Positions 22,315 through 35,890 of a DNA stretch of 64,000 bases are shown here, piece by piece; positions within the stretch are counted from its first letter, which is position 1, and the number at the start of each line of letters is the position of its first letter. The translations under genes were made by a program, and so were the position numbers. The notes beneath the pieces are model-generated. The model was not told the DNA's origin. It ran no database searches and saw nothing but the letters and a program-made list of their open reading frames with translations. The stretch is from Squalus acanthias (Eukaryota): the NCBI GenBank assembly GCA_030390025.1, contig CM059432.1:89652001-89716000 (forward strand), read 5' to 3'.

Positions 22315-25300
22315 TGGCAATTAAAGTGACAGCAGCCCTCAAGTTTTACAGCTTCACATCCTTCCAGGCTACCACAGGATATCTGTACAACATTAACTAG
22401 GGAACAGTCAGGGCCTGACTTGTGCAGGTGACCGACACCCTCTTTCATAGAGCAGCCAAATTCATCCACTTTGACATCAACCCCAGGCAGCTGAGGCACA
22501 GAGCCAGGACCTTCTACAGGACAGCTGGATTCCCCAGGGTGCAGGGTGCCACAATGTCATGCACATGGCAATGAAGGCACCAACTGAGCAGCCGTTGATA
22601 TGTGTGAATAGGATGGGGTTCCATTCTCAGAACGACCACCTTACCTGTAATGCAAATCAAGTCATGTCTTCACTCACTGCTGAAAGGGACATCACAGGGC
22701 AGATTCTGCAGGACTTTTTGATTGACTGACTGACTGCTGTGGCAGCAGCTCATTGATTGATTGACTGACTGCTGTGGCAGCACCTCAGCCTTACCTTCTT
22801 CTACCTGATGACACCACAGCAGATCTCTTTGGCCCAGCAGTATCTTGCAAGGAATCCTCACCTATGTGAAGAAGTTGAACCTACTGAATGGTCTATTTTC
22901 TGACTTACTGCAATGTTCATAAATAACAAATCACGAGATAAGTGCCCAGTGTATTTCAAAGTAAAGAAGCTAAGGGGGTGGAAGGTTGTGTGTGTGAGGA
23001 CAGGGCTGTCAGCTAAGGAGTGTGTGGAAATTGTGATAGGTGAGAGATGTTGGGGGAGGGCTGTCTATGTTAGAGTGGAATTAGGATTTCTGGGACCGTA
23101 AAAGGCAGTTGGTGTGTGTTATGGGAGTTGTAGGCACCCTTACCTAGAGTGTAGTGCGAAGGATTACTAGTGCAAGTGTTGTTTTAAGAGGGTGAAGAGT
23201 GTGGTAGTGCCCAGGGTGGGCAGGGAGGAAGGGAACGTGTTCTACCTTTGCCTGCTCTTGTGAAGTGTTTACATTTCTTTCTGTACTGTTGATCAGTCCA
23301 GTATGTGAGGAGTTGGTCAGTGCAAGTGCCAGCTTCCTGCAGGCAACGCGACTGGTGTTAGTATCTAGCTTGGTAATAGGAAGACTCAGGAGTGTGAGGC
23401 TCCTCTCTTGTACCTCTTGGAGGAGGGCTCGGAGGTCTTCAGCAAAGAAATCAGTTAGGCTTCTTCTACCTGCTGCCTGGCATGGTGCCCAGTTGGAACA
23501 GCTGGCACCTAAGTGGGCACGATGATGCCAATCTGGACTGATTTTTGTAGGTGAGAAGTGAGTTGGTGTAAATTGCCAGCAAAACCACTTGTCGGCTGTT
23601 TGCCTTGCTGTCGGACAGTGTTCTGCTGCCATTCAGAGTCTGTAGAATGCTTTTAAAGAGTTACAGTGTCGTCATTCAGAGGTTTATGGGAGGCGGGGGT
23701 TCAGAAACGTACATAGTTTCCACAGTCACGTTACACCAGAGACACTGCAAAAATACTTAAGTTAACTTACACCAGGAAACTTGTGTGTAACTCCCTCTGC
23801 TGGTTAATGACATAGCTCTCTGGCGTAATAATGGCGTGACTGACATCAAGGAAATTTGGGGCCCAGGAGAAGTCCCCAGATCTTCTTAAAATAGTGCCAC
23901 GGGATCTATAACATCTACCATGAACATGCAGTCAAGACCATGCAAAGTGTCATCTAAAGGATAGCACTTCTAACGATGCAGTATTCCTTCAGTACTGCAC
24001 AGGTTAACAGTATCAGCCTAAATCTTGGAGTGCACTTTGAACCCACAACTTTTTGATTCACTGAGTTAACTGACAGTATAGTCAGGGGGATAGATACTGT
24101 TCTCTGCAGCCGCGACTGGGAGTTCTGGAGGCTGTGTTGCCTGCCAGGGTTAAGGATATCTCCTCACGGCTGGAGAAGAATTTGGAGTGGGAGGGGAGGA
24201 TCCAATTGTCATGGTCCATGTAGGAACCAACGACATAGGTAGAACAAGGAATGAGGTCCTGCTGGGAGAGTTTGAGGAACTAAGGTCCAAATTAAAATGC
24301 AGAACCTCAAAGGTAGTAATCTCTGGATTGTTACCTGAGCCACGCGCAAATTGGCATAGGGACAAACCGATCAGAGAGTTAAGTGCGTGGCTCAAAGAGT
24401 GGTGTGGGAGGAAGGGATTTTGATTCATGGGGCACTGGCACCAGTACTGGAAAAAGAGGGAGTTGTTCCGTTGGGACGGGCTCCACTTAAAGCGGGCTGG
24501 GACCAGTGTCCTGGCGAATCAAATAACTAGGGCTGCAGATAGGGCTTTAAACTAAAAAGGGGGGGGGAAGGGTCAGGTCAGGGGGAATTTAGAAATCTAA
24601 AGAGAAAAGTCAAGGCAATGGAGCAGTGTAGCAATTTGGGTAACGATAAGCAGAGTGTGACAGAGAGTTTAACAGTAATAGTGCATCAACGAATAAGGTG
24701 AAAGCAGGGAATAATGATAAAAAGTTAAAATTAACGGCGCTTTATCTGAATGCACAAATATTCATAACAAGGGATCTACAAGAAATGAAACCAGCCTAAA
24801 AATAAATGAAACTGGAAAGGAAAGCAGAGGGAAAACTAAACTAAGGGAGGACATAGGTGGCGAGGGAATAAATAGAGTTATAGAACAGGAGTGTAAAAAG
24901 ATGGTTAAAATAAAGTGAGAGGAACTGCTATTAAAAATGAGTTAAACTGTCTGTACAGCAATGCACACAGTATCCATAATAAAAATGGGGAACTGGAGGC
25001 GAAAATGCATTGCAAGGAACCAGATATAGCAGGGATTACTGAGACATGGCTACAGAAAAATCAGGACTGGCAATTAAACATTACAGGGTACAACATATTT
25101 AGAAAAGATAGAGAGGGAAAAGGGGGAGGTGGAGTAGCTGTACTTATTAGAGATAACATAATGGCAGTAGAAAAAAGTGACACAGTTCTCAGTAAGACAG
25201 AAATAGAATCCATGTGGATAGAGATAAAAGATAATGAAAGATCAATCACACTAATAGGGGTAGTCTACAGACCACCTAATAGTTGAAGGGAGGTGGAGGA

Positions 25301-25325
25301 AGAAATATGCAAACACATTAGGGAA

Positions 25326-26979
25326 ACATAGAAACAAAGAAAGATAGAAGCAGGAGTAGGTCATTCGGCCCTTCGAGCCTGCTCCGCCATTCAATATGAT
25401 CATGGCTGATCCTCTATCTCAATACCATATCACCATTCTCTCCCCATACCCCTTGATACCTTTTGTGTCTAGAAATCTATCTATCTCCTTCTTAAATATA
25501 TTCAGTGACTTGGCTTCCACAGCCTTCTGTGGTAGAGAATTCCACAGGTTCAACACCCTCTGAGCGAAGAAATTTCTCCTCATCTCAGTCCTAAATGTCC
25601 TACCCCTTATCCTGAGACTGTGACCCCTCGTTCTAGACCCCCAAGCCAGGGGAAACATCCACCCTGCATCCAGTCTGTCTAGCCCTGTCAGAATTTTATA
25701 CGTTTCAATGAGATCGCCTCTCATTCTTCTAAACTCTAGTGAATACAGGCCTAGTCGACCCAATCTCTCCTCATATGACAGTCCTGCCATCCCAGGAATC
25801 AGTCTGGTGGAACCATCGCTGCACTCTCTCTGTGGCAAGTATATCCTTTCTTAGGTAAGGAGACCAAAACTGCACACAGTACTCCAGGTGTGGTCTCACC
25901 AAGGCCCTGTACAACTGTAGTAAGACATCCTTGCTCCTGTATTCAAATCCTCTTGCAATGAAGGCCAACATACCATTTGCCTTCCTAACTGCTTGCTGCA
26001 CCTGCATGTTTGCTTTCAGTGACTGGTGTACAAGGACATCCAGGTCCCTTTGTACAATTATCACCATTTAAATAATACTCTACCTTTCTGTTTTACCTAC
26101 CAAAGTGGATAACTTCACATTTATCCACGTTATACTGCATCTGCCATGTATTTGCCCACTCACTCAACTTGTCTAAATCGCCTTGAAGCCTCTTTGCATC
26201 CTCCTCACAACTCATAATCCCACCTAGTTTTGTGTCGTCTGCAAACTTGGAAATATTACATTTGGTTCCCTCATCCAAATCATTGATATATATTGTGAAT
26301 AGCTGGGGCCCAAGCACTGATCTCTGCGGTACCCTACTAGTCACCGACTACCACCCCGAAAAAGACCCATTTATTCCTACTCTCTGTTTCCTGTCTGTTA
26401 ACCAATTTTCAATCCATGCCAGTATATTACCCCCAATCCCATGTGCTTTAATTTTGCACACTAACCTCTTATGTGGGACTTTATCAAAGGCCTTCTGAAA
26501 ATCCAAATACACCACATCCACTGGTTCTCCCTTATCTATTCTACCAGTTACATCCTCAAAAAACTCCAGTAGGTCAAACACAATTTCCCTTTCATAAATC
26601 CATGTTGACTTTGTCTAATCCCACTGATATTTTCTAAGTGTTCTGTTATCACATCCTTTATAATAGACTCTAGCATTTTCCCTACTACTGATGTTAATCT
26701 AACCGGTCTGTAGTTCCCTGTTTTCTCTCTCCCTCCTCTTTTAAATAGTGGGGTTACATTTGCCACCCTCCAATCTGCAGGAACTGTTCCATAATCTATA
26801 GAATTTTGGAAGATGACAACCAATGCATCCACTATTTCCATGGCTACCTCTTTTAATACTCTGGGATGCAGATTATCAGGCCCTGGGGACTTAACAGCTT
26901 TCAGTCCATTAATTTCTCCCGCACTATTTTTTTACTAATACTAATACTATTCTCAGCCCCTCAAAATTGACTTTTCTCC
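25326..26979 (-). mobile_element. CR1 LINE copy C, nested, antisense to its host
   Basis: RT ORFs 26548-26841 through 25419-25838; tail at ~25326. Confidence 0.96.
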
Positions 26980-28182
26980 AATGAGTAAAGAACATCGAAT
27001 AATAATCATGGGGGATTTCAATTACCCCAAAATTAATTGGCCAGAAGAGAAAGGTAAAGTGGATAAGGGAATGGAGTTCCTACAATGTGTACATGACTCC
27101 TTTCTAACCCAATATGTAAGAAGCCCGACAAGGGAGGATTTGCTACTGGATCTAGTAATGGGGAATGAACTAGAGCAGATAAGAAAGTAAAATTAGGGGA
27201 ACATCTAGGCAATAGTGACCATAATCTAATACGCTTTAAGATAATAATTGAGAAGGACATAAGTATGACGAAGACCAGGGTAATAGATTGGAGAAAAGCC
27301 AATTTTGAGGGGCTGAGAATAGAACTTGGGAAAATAAAATGGACAACAATATTGGCAAATAATGATGTAGAACAGCAATGGGAAACATTTAACAGAGTCC
27401 AGGAAAAATATATTCCACTAAAAAACAAGATCAAGCAAAACACTAATGAAACAACATGGATGAATAAAGACATAAGGTTAAGGTAAGGAAAGAGGCATAC
27501 ACTAAGTACATGAACAGCAAGGGAGACTGAAAATATTAGGAGAGAAGTAAAAAAAACAAGTAGGAAGGCAAAGAGGAACTATGAAATTAAACTATCAAGG
27601 AACATAAAACAAAATAGTAAAATATTCTACAGGCACATAAATAAAAAAAGGAAAGTCGGGATGGGAATAGAGCCCTATGGGATGGTTAGGATAAAATCAC
27701 AGGCAATGATAGTGAAATGGCAGATATATTAAACAATTACTTTGTTTCAGTATTTACCAGGGAGACAGATCAGGTGGACATGATACCGGAAGATTAGAAA
27801 TGATATAACCGCATTTAAAATAAAAAGAGGAGAAATATTAAATAAACTAATTAAACTCAAAGAGGATAAAACCCCTGGTCCGGACGGATTACATCGACAC
27901 ATTTTAAAAGAATCTAGGGAAGAGATAGCAGAAGCACTATTGCACATATTTAATAATTCGTTAGAACAAAGTGTAGTGCCAGAGGACTGGCGGATAGCTA
28001 ACGTAATACCGATATTTAAGAAGGGAGATAGAACATGTCGAGGAAACTATAGACCAGTCAGCTTAACATCGGTGGTAGGAAAATTAATGGAATCCCTACT
28101 AAAGGAGAAAATAGAAGAACATCTAGAAACCAAAAATGTAATAATGAATAGTCAGCATGGATATCAAAACGCAAAGTCTTGC

Positions 28183-30012
28183 TTTAAGTATGTAAAAAGA
28201 AAAAGATTAGTGAAGACAAATGTAGGTCCCTTACAGTGAGAAACGGGAGAATTTATAATGGGGATCAAGGAAATGCGGTGCAATTAAACAAATACTTTGG
28301 TTCTGTCTTCACGGAAGAGGACACAAATAACTTCCCAGAAATACGAGGGAACCAAGGGTCTGGTGAGAAGGAGGAATTAAAGGAAATTAGTATTAGTAAA
28401 AAAATAGTGCTGAAGAAATTAATGGGACTGAAAGCTGATAAATCCCCAGGGCCTGATAATCTGCATCCCAGAGTACTAAAAGAGGTAGCCATGGAAATAG
28501 TGGATGCATTGGTTGTCATCTTCCAAAATTCTATAGATTATGGAACAGTTCCTGCAGATTGGAGGGTGGCAAATGTAACCCCACTAATTAAAAAAGGAGG
28601 GAGAGAGAAAACCGGGAACCACAGACCGGTTAGCCTAACATCAGTAGTAGGGAAAATGCTAGAGTCTATTATAAAGGATGTGATAACAGGAAATTTAGAA
28701 AATATCAGTGGGATTAGACAAAGTCAACATGGATTTATGAAAGGAAAATCGTGTTTGACAAACCTACTGGAGTTTTTTGAGGATGTAACTGGTAGAATAG
28801 ATAAGGGAGAACCAGTGGATGTGGTGTATTTGGATTTTCAGAAGGCCTTTGATAAAGTCCCACATAAGAGGTTAGTGTGCAAAATTAAAGCACATGGGAT
28901 TGGGGGTAATATACTGGCACGGATTGAAAATTGGTTAACAGACAGGAAACAGAGAGTAGTAATAAATGGGTCTTTTTCGGGGTGGCAGGCGGTGACTAGT
29001 GGGGTACCGGAGGGATCAGTGCTTGGGCCCCAGCTATTCACAATATATATCAATGATTTGGATGAGGGAACCAAATATAATATTTCCAAGTTTGCTGATG
29101 ACACAAAACTAGGTGGGATTGTGAGTTGTGAAGAGGATGCAAAGAGGCTTCAAGGTGATTTAGACAAGTTGAGTGAGTGGGCAAATACATGGCAGATGCA
29201 GTATAACGTGGATAAATGTGAAGTTATCCACTTTGGTAGGTAAAATAGAAAGGTAGAGTATTATTTAAATGGTGATAGATTGGGAAATGCTGATGTATAA
29301 AGGGACCTGGGTGTCCTTGTACACCAGTCACTGAAAGCAAACATGTAGGTGCAGCAAGCAGTTAGGAAGGCAAATGGTATGTTGGCCTTCATTGCAAGAG
29401 GATTTGAGTACAGGAGCAAGGATGTCTTGCTACAGTTGTACAGGGCCTTGGTGAAACCACACCTGGAGTAGTGTGTGCAGTTTTGGTCTCCTTACCTAAG
29501 AAAGGATATACTTGCCATAGAGGGAGTGCAGCGAAGGTTCACCAGACTGATTCCTGGGATGGCAGGACTGTCGTATGAGGAGAGATTGGGTCGACTAGGC
29601 CTGTATTCACCAGAGTTTAGAAGAATGAGAGGGGATCTCATTGAAACGTATAAAATTCTGACAGGGCTAGTCAGACTGGATGCAGGGTGGATGTTTCCCC
29701 TGGCTGGGGGGGTCTAGAACGAGGGGTCACAGTCTCAGGATACAGGGTAGGACATTTAGGACTGAGATGAGGTGAAATTTCTTCACTCAGAGGGTGGTGA
29801 ACCTATGGAATTCTCTACCACAGAAGGCTGTGGAGGCCAAGTCACTGAATATATTTAAAAAGGAGATAGATAGATTTCTAGACACAAAGGGCATCAAGGG
29901 GTATGGGGAGAGAGCGGGAATATGGTATTGAGATAGAGGATCAGCCATGATCATATTGAATGGCGGAGCAGGTGGAATTGCCTACTCCTGCTTCTATCTT
30001 TCTTTGTTTCTA
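28183..30012 (+). mobile_element. CR1 LINE copy B, nested, sense to its host
   Basis: ORF 28236-29243 (RT with FADD); tail TTTGTTTCTATG at ~30012. Confidence 0.96.
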
Positions 30013-32028
30013 TGACCAACCTCAATGAATTCTTTGAAGAGGTAACAGAGGGTGTAGACAAGGGCAATTTAGTAGATGTAATTTATCTAGATTTCCAAAA
30101 GGCCTTTGATAAGGTACCCCATAATAGACTAATGAATAAGGTCAGAGATTGTGGAGTCAGGGGACAAGTTGCAGAATGGATAGCTAGCTGGCTTCAAGAC
30201 AGAAAGCAAAGAGTAGGGGTAAAGGGTAATTATTCAGATTGGCAGAAGGTGGAAAGTGGGGTTCAACAAAGATCAGTGCTGGGACCAATGTTGTTCACAA
30301 TTTACATTAACGATTTAGACTTTGGAATCAAAAACAAAATTTCTAAATTTGCAGATGACACCAAATTGGAGGGCATAGTCAGTAAGACATTAATAAACCT
30401 GCAGAATGGGCATATAATTGGCAAATGTATTTCAGCACAGATAAATGTACGGTATTACATTTTGGGATGAAAAATAAGGAGGTCACATATTACTTGGAAA
30501 ATAAGAATCTAAATGGGGTAGAAGAGCAAAGGGGTCTCAGAGTGCAAATGCACAGATCACTAAAAGTAGCGACGTAGGTTAATAAGGCTATAAAAAAAGC
30601 AAACCAATAATAGAGGGATAGAATTGAAAAGTAGATAAGTTATGCTAAAATTGTATCGAACCTTGGTTAGACCACACTTGGAGTACTGTGTATAATTCTG
30701 GTCGCCATATTATAAAAAGGATATAGAGGCACTGGAGAGGGTGCAAAAAAGATTTACAAGGATGATACTAGAAATGCGAGGTTATACCTATCAGGAAAAG
30801 ATGAATAGGCTGGGTCTCTTTTCTCTTGAAAAGAGAAGGCTGAGGGGTGAACTAGTAGAGGTCTTTAAAATTATGAAAGGTTTTGATAGAGTAGACACAG
30901 ATAGAATGTTTCTACTTGTGAGGAAGAGCAAAACTAAAGGCCATCAATATAAGATAGTCACCAAGAAATCAAGTAGGGAATTCAGAAGAAACTTCTTTAC
31001 CCAGAGAGTAGCGAGAATGTGAAATTCGCTACCACAGGGAGTGGTTGAAGTGAATAGTATAGACGCATTTAAGGGGAGGCTAGATAAGCATATGAGGGAG
31101 AAGGAAATAGAGGGTTCTGCTGATAGAGTTAGATGAGGAAAGATGGGAGGAGGCTCGAGTGGAGCATAAAAGCCGGCATGGACTGGTTGGACCGAATGGC
31201 CTGTTTCTGTGCCATATATCCTATGTAATCGTGACACAGACACAGACTAATTTATCAGTACAAAGTACTCTCAGAAAAAGGGTTGATTCCATTCATTGCG
31301 AGGACCTTTTGTGATAGTTCACTATGTGAGAAGCCAATTGGTCAATGAGCAATCCAGTCCTTAACCTCTAAGGTAGTCTCCAAACAATTGAGCTCACTAT
31401 GATTTTTCTGAATAAACAAATTATTTCGAATCACAAACACAAACACATTTATAGAAAAGACAAGACCTGTCTGTAAAAAGAATTTGAGAAATTACAATGG
31501 GGGGGATTTTAACAACCAGACAGTTTCAGCTAGTTTCCTGCCTGCCCGATGCAGTATGAGGCCATGACAAATTTAACCGCTAGGCCTCATTAACATGCCA
31601 CCGGTTCGCTTCTCACTCATCGTGGGCGAGAAGCAACTGCTGGCCTTCAAGAAAATCAGACAGCTCTTGCCAGCCCAATGGCACTTCGGTAAGTATGGGG
31701 AAGGGGGTTCCAGCAGCAGCAGCAGCGGCGGCAGTGCGGACCTGGGAGGAGCGGCGAGGCGACGGTATAAAGTGAGCCTGAGGCACAGGTAGGCCCCACA
31801 GTCGCAGCAGCAGCGGCGGCAGTGAGGACCTGGGAGGAGCGGCGAGGCGGCGGGGATACCAACTCAGCACCGGCAGAATTTTCAAAGAGTGACGTCAGAA
31901 GTCAAAAGTGACGTCGGCACAAGGGGAGGGAGCTGATTGGTGAGTATCTGGTAAGTGTTTATACTTGGCTTTCTTAAAGTTTTAAGTTTATTCCAGCTAG
32001 GTTAATAAATAGTCTGTTAATTAGAGGT

Positions 32029-32956
32029 ATGGCAGGGCAGCTCACACCCGTGGAATGCACATCCTGTACCATGTGGGAAGTCCTGGACACCTCCCGTGGT
32101 CTGGACGACCACATGCGCGTGAAGTGTCGCCAGCTACAGCAGCTCGAGCACCGGGTTACGGAGCTTGAGCGGCGGCTGCAGTCACTGCTGTGCATCCGCG
32201 AGGCTGAGAGCTACGTGGATAGCATGTTTCGGGAGGTGGTCACCCCGCAGCTTAAGAGTATGCCGGCAGAGAGGGAATGGGTGACCGCCAGACAGAAGAG
32301 GAGGACCAGGCAGGTAGTGTAGGTGTCCCCTGAGCCCATCTTGCTCACCAAACAGTATTCGGTGCTGAGTACTGGTGAGGACGATGGTTCCTCTGGGGAT
32401 TGCAGCCAGAGCCAAGGCTCAGCTGCACAGGGCGGGAGGAAGAGGAGAGGGAGAGCAATAGTGATAGGGGATTCAATAGTTAGGGGAGCAGACAGGCATT
32501 TCTGCGGCCGCAGACGTGTCTCCAGGATGGTATGTTGCCTCCCTAGTTCCAGGGTCAAGGATGTCACTGAACGGCTGCAGGGCATTCTGAGGGGGAAGGG
32601 TGAATAGCCAGAGATCGTGGTCCATATCAGTACCAACAACAGAGGTAGAAAGAGGGATGAGGTCCTGCAGGCAGAGTTTAGGGAGCTCGGAAAGAGGTTA
32701 AAAAGCAGGACCTCAAAGGTGGTAATCTCCGGATTACCACCAGTGTCACGTGCTAGTGAGTACAGAAATAGGAAGATAGCGCAGATGAATGCGTGGCTGT
32801 AGGTGTAGGAGGGAGGGCTTTAGATTCCTGAGGAATTGGAACCGTTTCTGGGGGAGGTGGGACCGCTACAAGCCAGACGGGTTGCACCTCAACGGGAACG
32901 GGACCAATATCCTCGCGGGAGGGTTTGCTAGTGCTGTTGGGGAGGGTCTAAACTAG
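32029..32956 (+). pseudogene. CR1 ORF1 (Zn-finger, coiled coil, SGNH esterase), disrupted
   Basis: VECTSCTMWE..KCRQLQQLEHRVTELERRL; AIVIGDSIVRG; VHISTN; DGLHLN; several stops. Confidence 0.9.
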
Positions 32957-33089
32957 CTTGGCAGGGGGATGGGAACCTAAGAATAGAGTCAGTAGGGAGG
33001 GAAGAAAAACTGGAATTGGAAAACAAAAACGTAGAAAGTAAATTGGAAGGACAGAGGAATCAAGGGCTAGATAATAGTCAACAAGGAGG

Positions 33090-35890
33090 TTTGCTTGTAC
33101 TAAATGGTATATACTTCAATTCAAGGAGTATAACGAACAAGGCAGATGAGCTGAGGGCACAGGTAGATACTTGGGACTATGATATTATAGCTATTACAGA
33201 GACGTGGCTGAAAGAGGGGCAGGTATGGCAGCTCAACATTCTAGTTACAGGATTTTCAGACGGGATAGAGAGGGAGGTAAAAAGGGAGGGGGGGTCGCGG
33301 TATTGATTAAAGAAACTATTACAGCTGTGAGGAGGGATGATATGTTGGAGGGATCATCAAACGAGGCCATATGGGTCGAATTGAAAAACAAAAAAGGGAT
33401 GATCACACTGCTACAGACCCCCAAACAGTGAGAGGGAGATAGAAGAGCAAATATGTAGACAAATTTCTGAGAAGTGCAAAAACTATAGGGCAGTAATAGT
33501 AGGGGATTTCAACTACCCCAATATTAACTGGGATAAAATTAGTGTGAAGGGTATAGAGGGTGTGGAATTCCTGAAATGCATCCAGGAGAACTTTTTTAGC
33601 CAGTATGTAGCAAGCCCAACAAGGGAGGGGGCGGTTCTGGACTTAGTTTTAGGGAATAAAGCTGGGCAGGTAGAAGGCGTATCAGTGGGGGAGCATTTTG
33701 GTGCTAGTGACCATAATTCAGTTAGAATAAGGTAGTTATGGAAAAGGACAAGGATAGACCAGGAATAAAAATTCTAAATTGGGGAAAAGCAAATTTTGCT
33801 AAGCTCAGAGGGGATTTAGCCATAGTGCACTGGAAACAACTACTTGAAGGTAAATCGGTGTCAGAGCAGTGAGAGACATTCAAAGAGGAGATCCGGAGGC
33901 TTCAGACCAAATATGTGCACTTAAAGAAAAAAGGTAGAACTAACAAATCTAGAGCCCCCTGGATGTCTAGGGACATACAGGGTAGGATAAAGAAAAAAAG
34001 GGAGGCGTATGACAGATACCGAGGGCTAAGTACTCTGGAATCTTTAGAGGAGTACAGAAGTGCAGGGGTGCAATTAAAAAGGATATTAGGAAAGCAAAGA
34101 GAGAGCATGAAAAATTCTTGGCAAGTAAAATCAAGGAAAACCCAAAGATGTTTTATAAATATATTAAGAGTAAGAGGATAACTAAAGAAAGGGTAGGGCC
34201 TATTAGAGATCATGAGGGTAATATGTGTGTGGAGGCGGGAGACGTCGGTAGGGTTCTTAATAAATACTTTGCGTCTGTTTTCACAAAGGAGAGGGGCGAA
34301 GCAGACATTGCTATCAGGGAGGAGGAGTGTGAAATATTAGATGAAATAAACATAGTGAGAGAGGAAGTATTAAGGGGTTTAGCAGCTTTAAAAGTGGATA
34401 AATCCCCAGGCCCGGATGAAATGTATCCCAGGCTGTTAAGCAAAGCAAAAGAGGAAATAGCAGAGGCCCTGACCATCATTTTCCAATCCTCTCTGGCTTC
34501 AGGTGTGGTGCCGGAGGACTGGAGGACTGTTAATGTGGTACCCTTGTTTAAAAAGGGAGAAAAGGATAGACCGAGTAATTACAGGCCAGTCAGCCTAACC
34601 TCGGTGATGGGAAAATTATTGGAAAGAATTCTGAAGGACAGGATAAATCTTCATTTAGAAAGACACGGTTTAATCAAGGATAGTCAGTACAGATTTGTTA
34701 AGGGAAGGTCGTGTCTGACAAACTTGATTGAATTTTTTGAGGAGGTAACAAGGAGGGTAGATGAGAGTAGTGCATTTGATGTAGTGTATATGGACTTTAG
34801 CAAGGCTTTTGATAAGGTTCCACATGGCAGACTGGTCACAAAGTTAAAAGCCCATGGGCTCCTGGGCAAAGTGTCAAGTTGGATTCAAAACTGGCTCGGA
34901 GGCAGGAAGCAGAGGGTAATGGTTGATGGGTGTTTTTGTGACTGGAACGCTGTTTCCAGTGGGGTTCCGCAGGGCTCAGTACTAGGTCCCTTGCTTTTTG
35001 TGGTATATATCAATGATCTAGACTTGAATATAGGGGGTATGATTAAGAAGTTTGCAGATGATACTAAAATCGGCTGTGTGGTTGATACTGAAGAAGGAAG
35101 CTGTAGACTGCAGGAAGATATCAATAAATTGGTTAGGTGGCCAGAACAGTGGCAAATGGAATTCAATCCAGAGAAGTGTGAGGTAATGCATTTGGGGAGG
35201 GCTAACAAGGAAAGGGAATACACATTAAATGGTAGGACACTTGAGTAGTGTAGAGGAACAAAGGGACCTTGGAGTGCATGTCCACAGATCCCTGAAGGTA
35301 GCAGGCCAGGTAGATAAGGTGGTTAGTAAGGCATACGGAATGCTTGCCTTTATTAGCCGTGGCATAGAATACAAGAGCAGGGGGGTTATGCTTCAACTGT
35401 ATAAAACACTAGTTAGGCCTCAGCTAGAGTACTGCATGCAGTTCTGGTCACCACATTACAGGAAAGATGTGATTACACTAGAGAGGGTACAGAGGAGATT
35501 TACAAGGATGTTGCCGGGAGTAGAGAATCGTAGCTATGAGGAAAGACTGGATAGGCTGGGTTTGTTTTCCGTGGAACAGAGGAGGCTGAGGGGAGACCTT
35601 ATTGAGGTGTATAAAATTATAAGGGGCTTCGGTAAAGTGGATAGAAAGGACCTATTTCCCTTAGCAGAGGGGTCAAAAACCAGGGGGCACAGATTTAAAG
35701 TAATTGGTGGAAGTTTTAGAGGGGATTTGAGGGGAAATTTCTTCACCCAGAGGGTTGTGGGGGTCTGGAACTCACTGCCTGAAAGGGTGGTCGAGGCAGG
35801 GACCCTAACCACATTAAAAAGTACTTGGATGTGCACTTGGGATGCTGTAACCTGCAGGGCTATGGACCAAGAGCTGGGAAGTGGGATTAG
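33090..35890 (+). pseudogene. CR1 ORF2 (APE endonuclease and reverse transcriptase), frameshifted
   Basis: IAITETWL, GDFN, SDHN; YMDFSKAFDKVPH, GVPQGSVLGP, FADD. Confidence 0.93.

Larger units (their letters stand above)
21247..23863 (+). mobile_element. PIF/Harbinger transposon H2, old and internally deleted, TSD CAG
   Basis: TIR GGCCCTAAATTTCCT and AGGAAATTTGGGGCC (14/15); CAG at 21244-21246 and 23864-23866; transposase remnant on + (SLAIKVTAALKFY, AGFPRVQGA) ~21850-22670; Myb remnant on - (AEDLRALLQEVQER) ~23245-23630. Confidence 0.85.
21050..24075 (-). mobile_element. Deu-domain SINE split by Harbinger H2 (pieces ~21050-21246 and 23867-24075)
   Basis: The halves rejoin at CCAGGAGAC-CAG-GAGAAG and continue into AAATAGTGCCACGGGATCT...TTCAGTACTGCAC and a reversed B box (TTTGAACCC). 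Confidence 0.75.
24076..31229 (+). mobile_element. Near-full-length decayed CR1 (ORF1 esterase, APE, RT), possibly chimeric, carrying two nested CR1s
   Basis: DSIVRG, VHVGTND and DGLHL (SGNH esterase); GITETW, YRPP, GDFN and SDHN (APE); RT resumes at 30013; frames rejoin across both inserts (IRE|MSKEH; KSC|LTNL). Confidence 0.92.

Noticed and set aside
22718-22782. Short tandem duplication GATTGACTGACTGCTGTGGCAGCA
   Set aside because: Ordinary slippage or repair duplication near the internal deletion of H2; no further structure.
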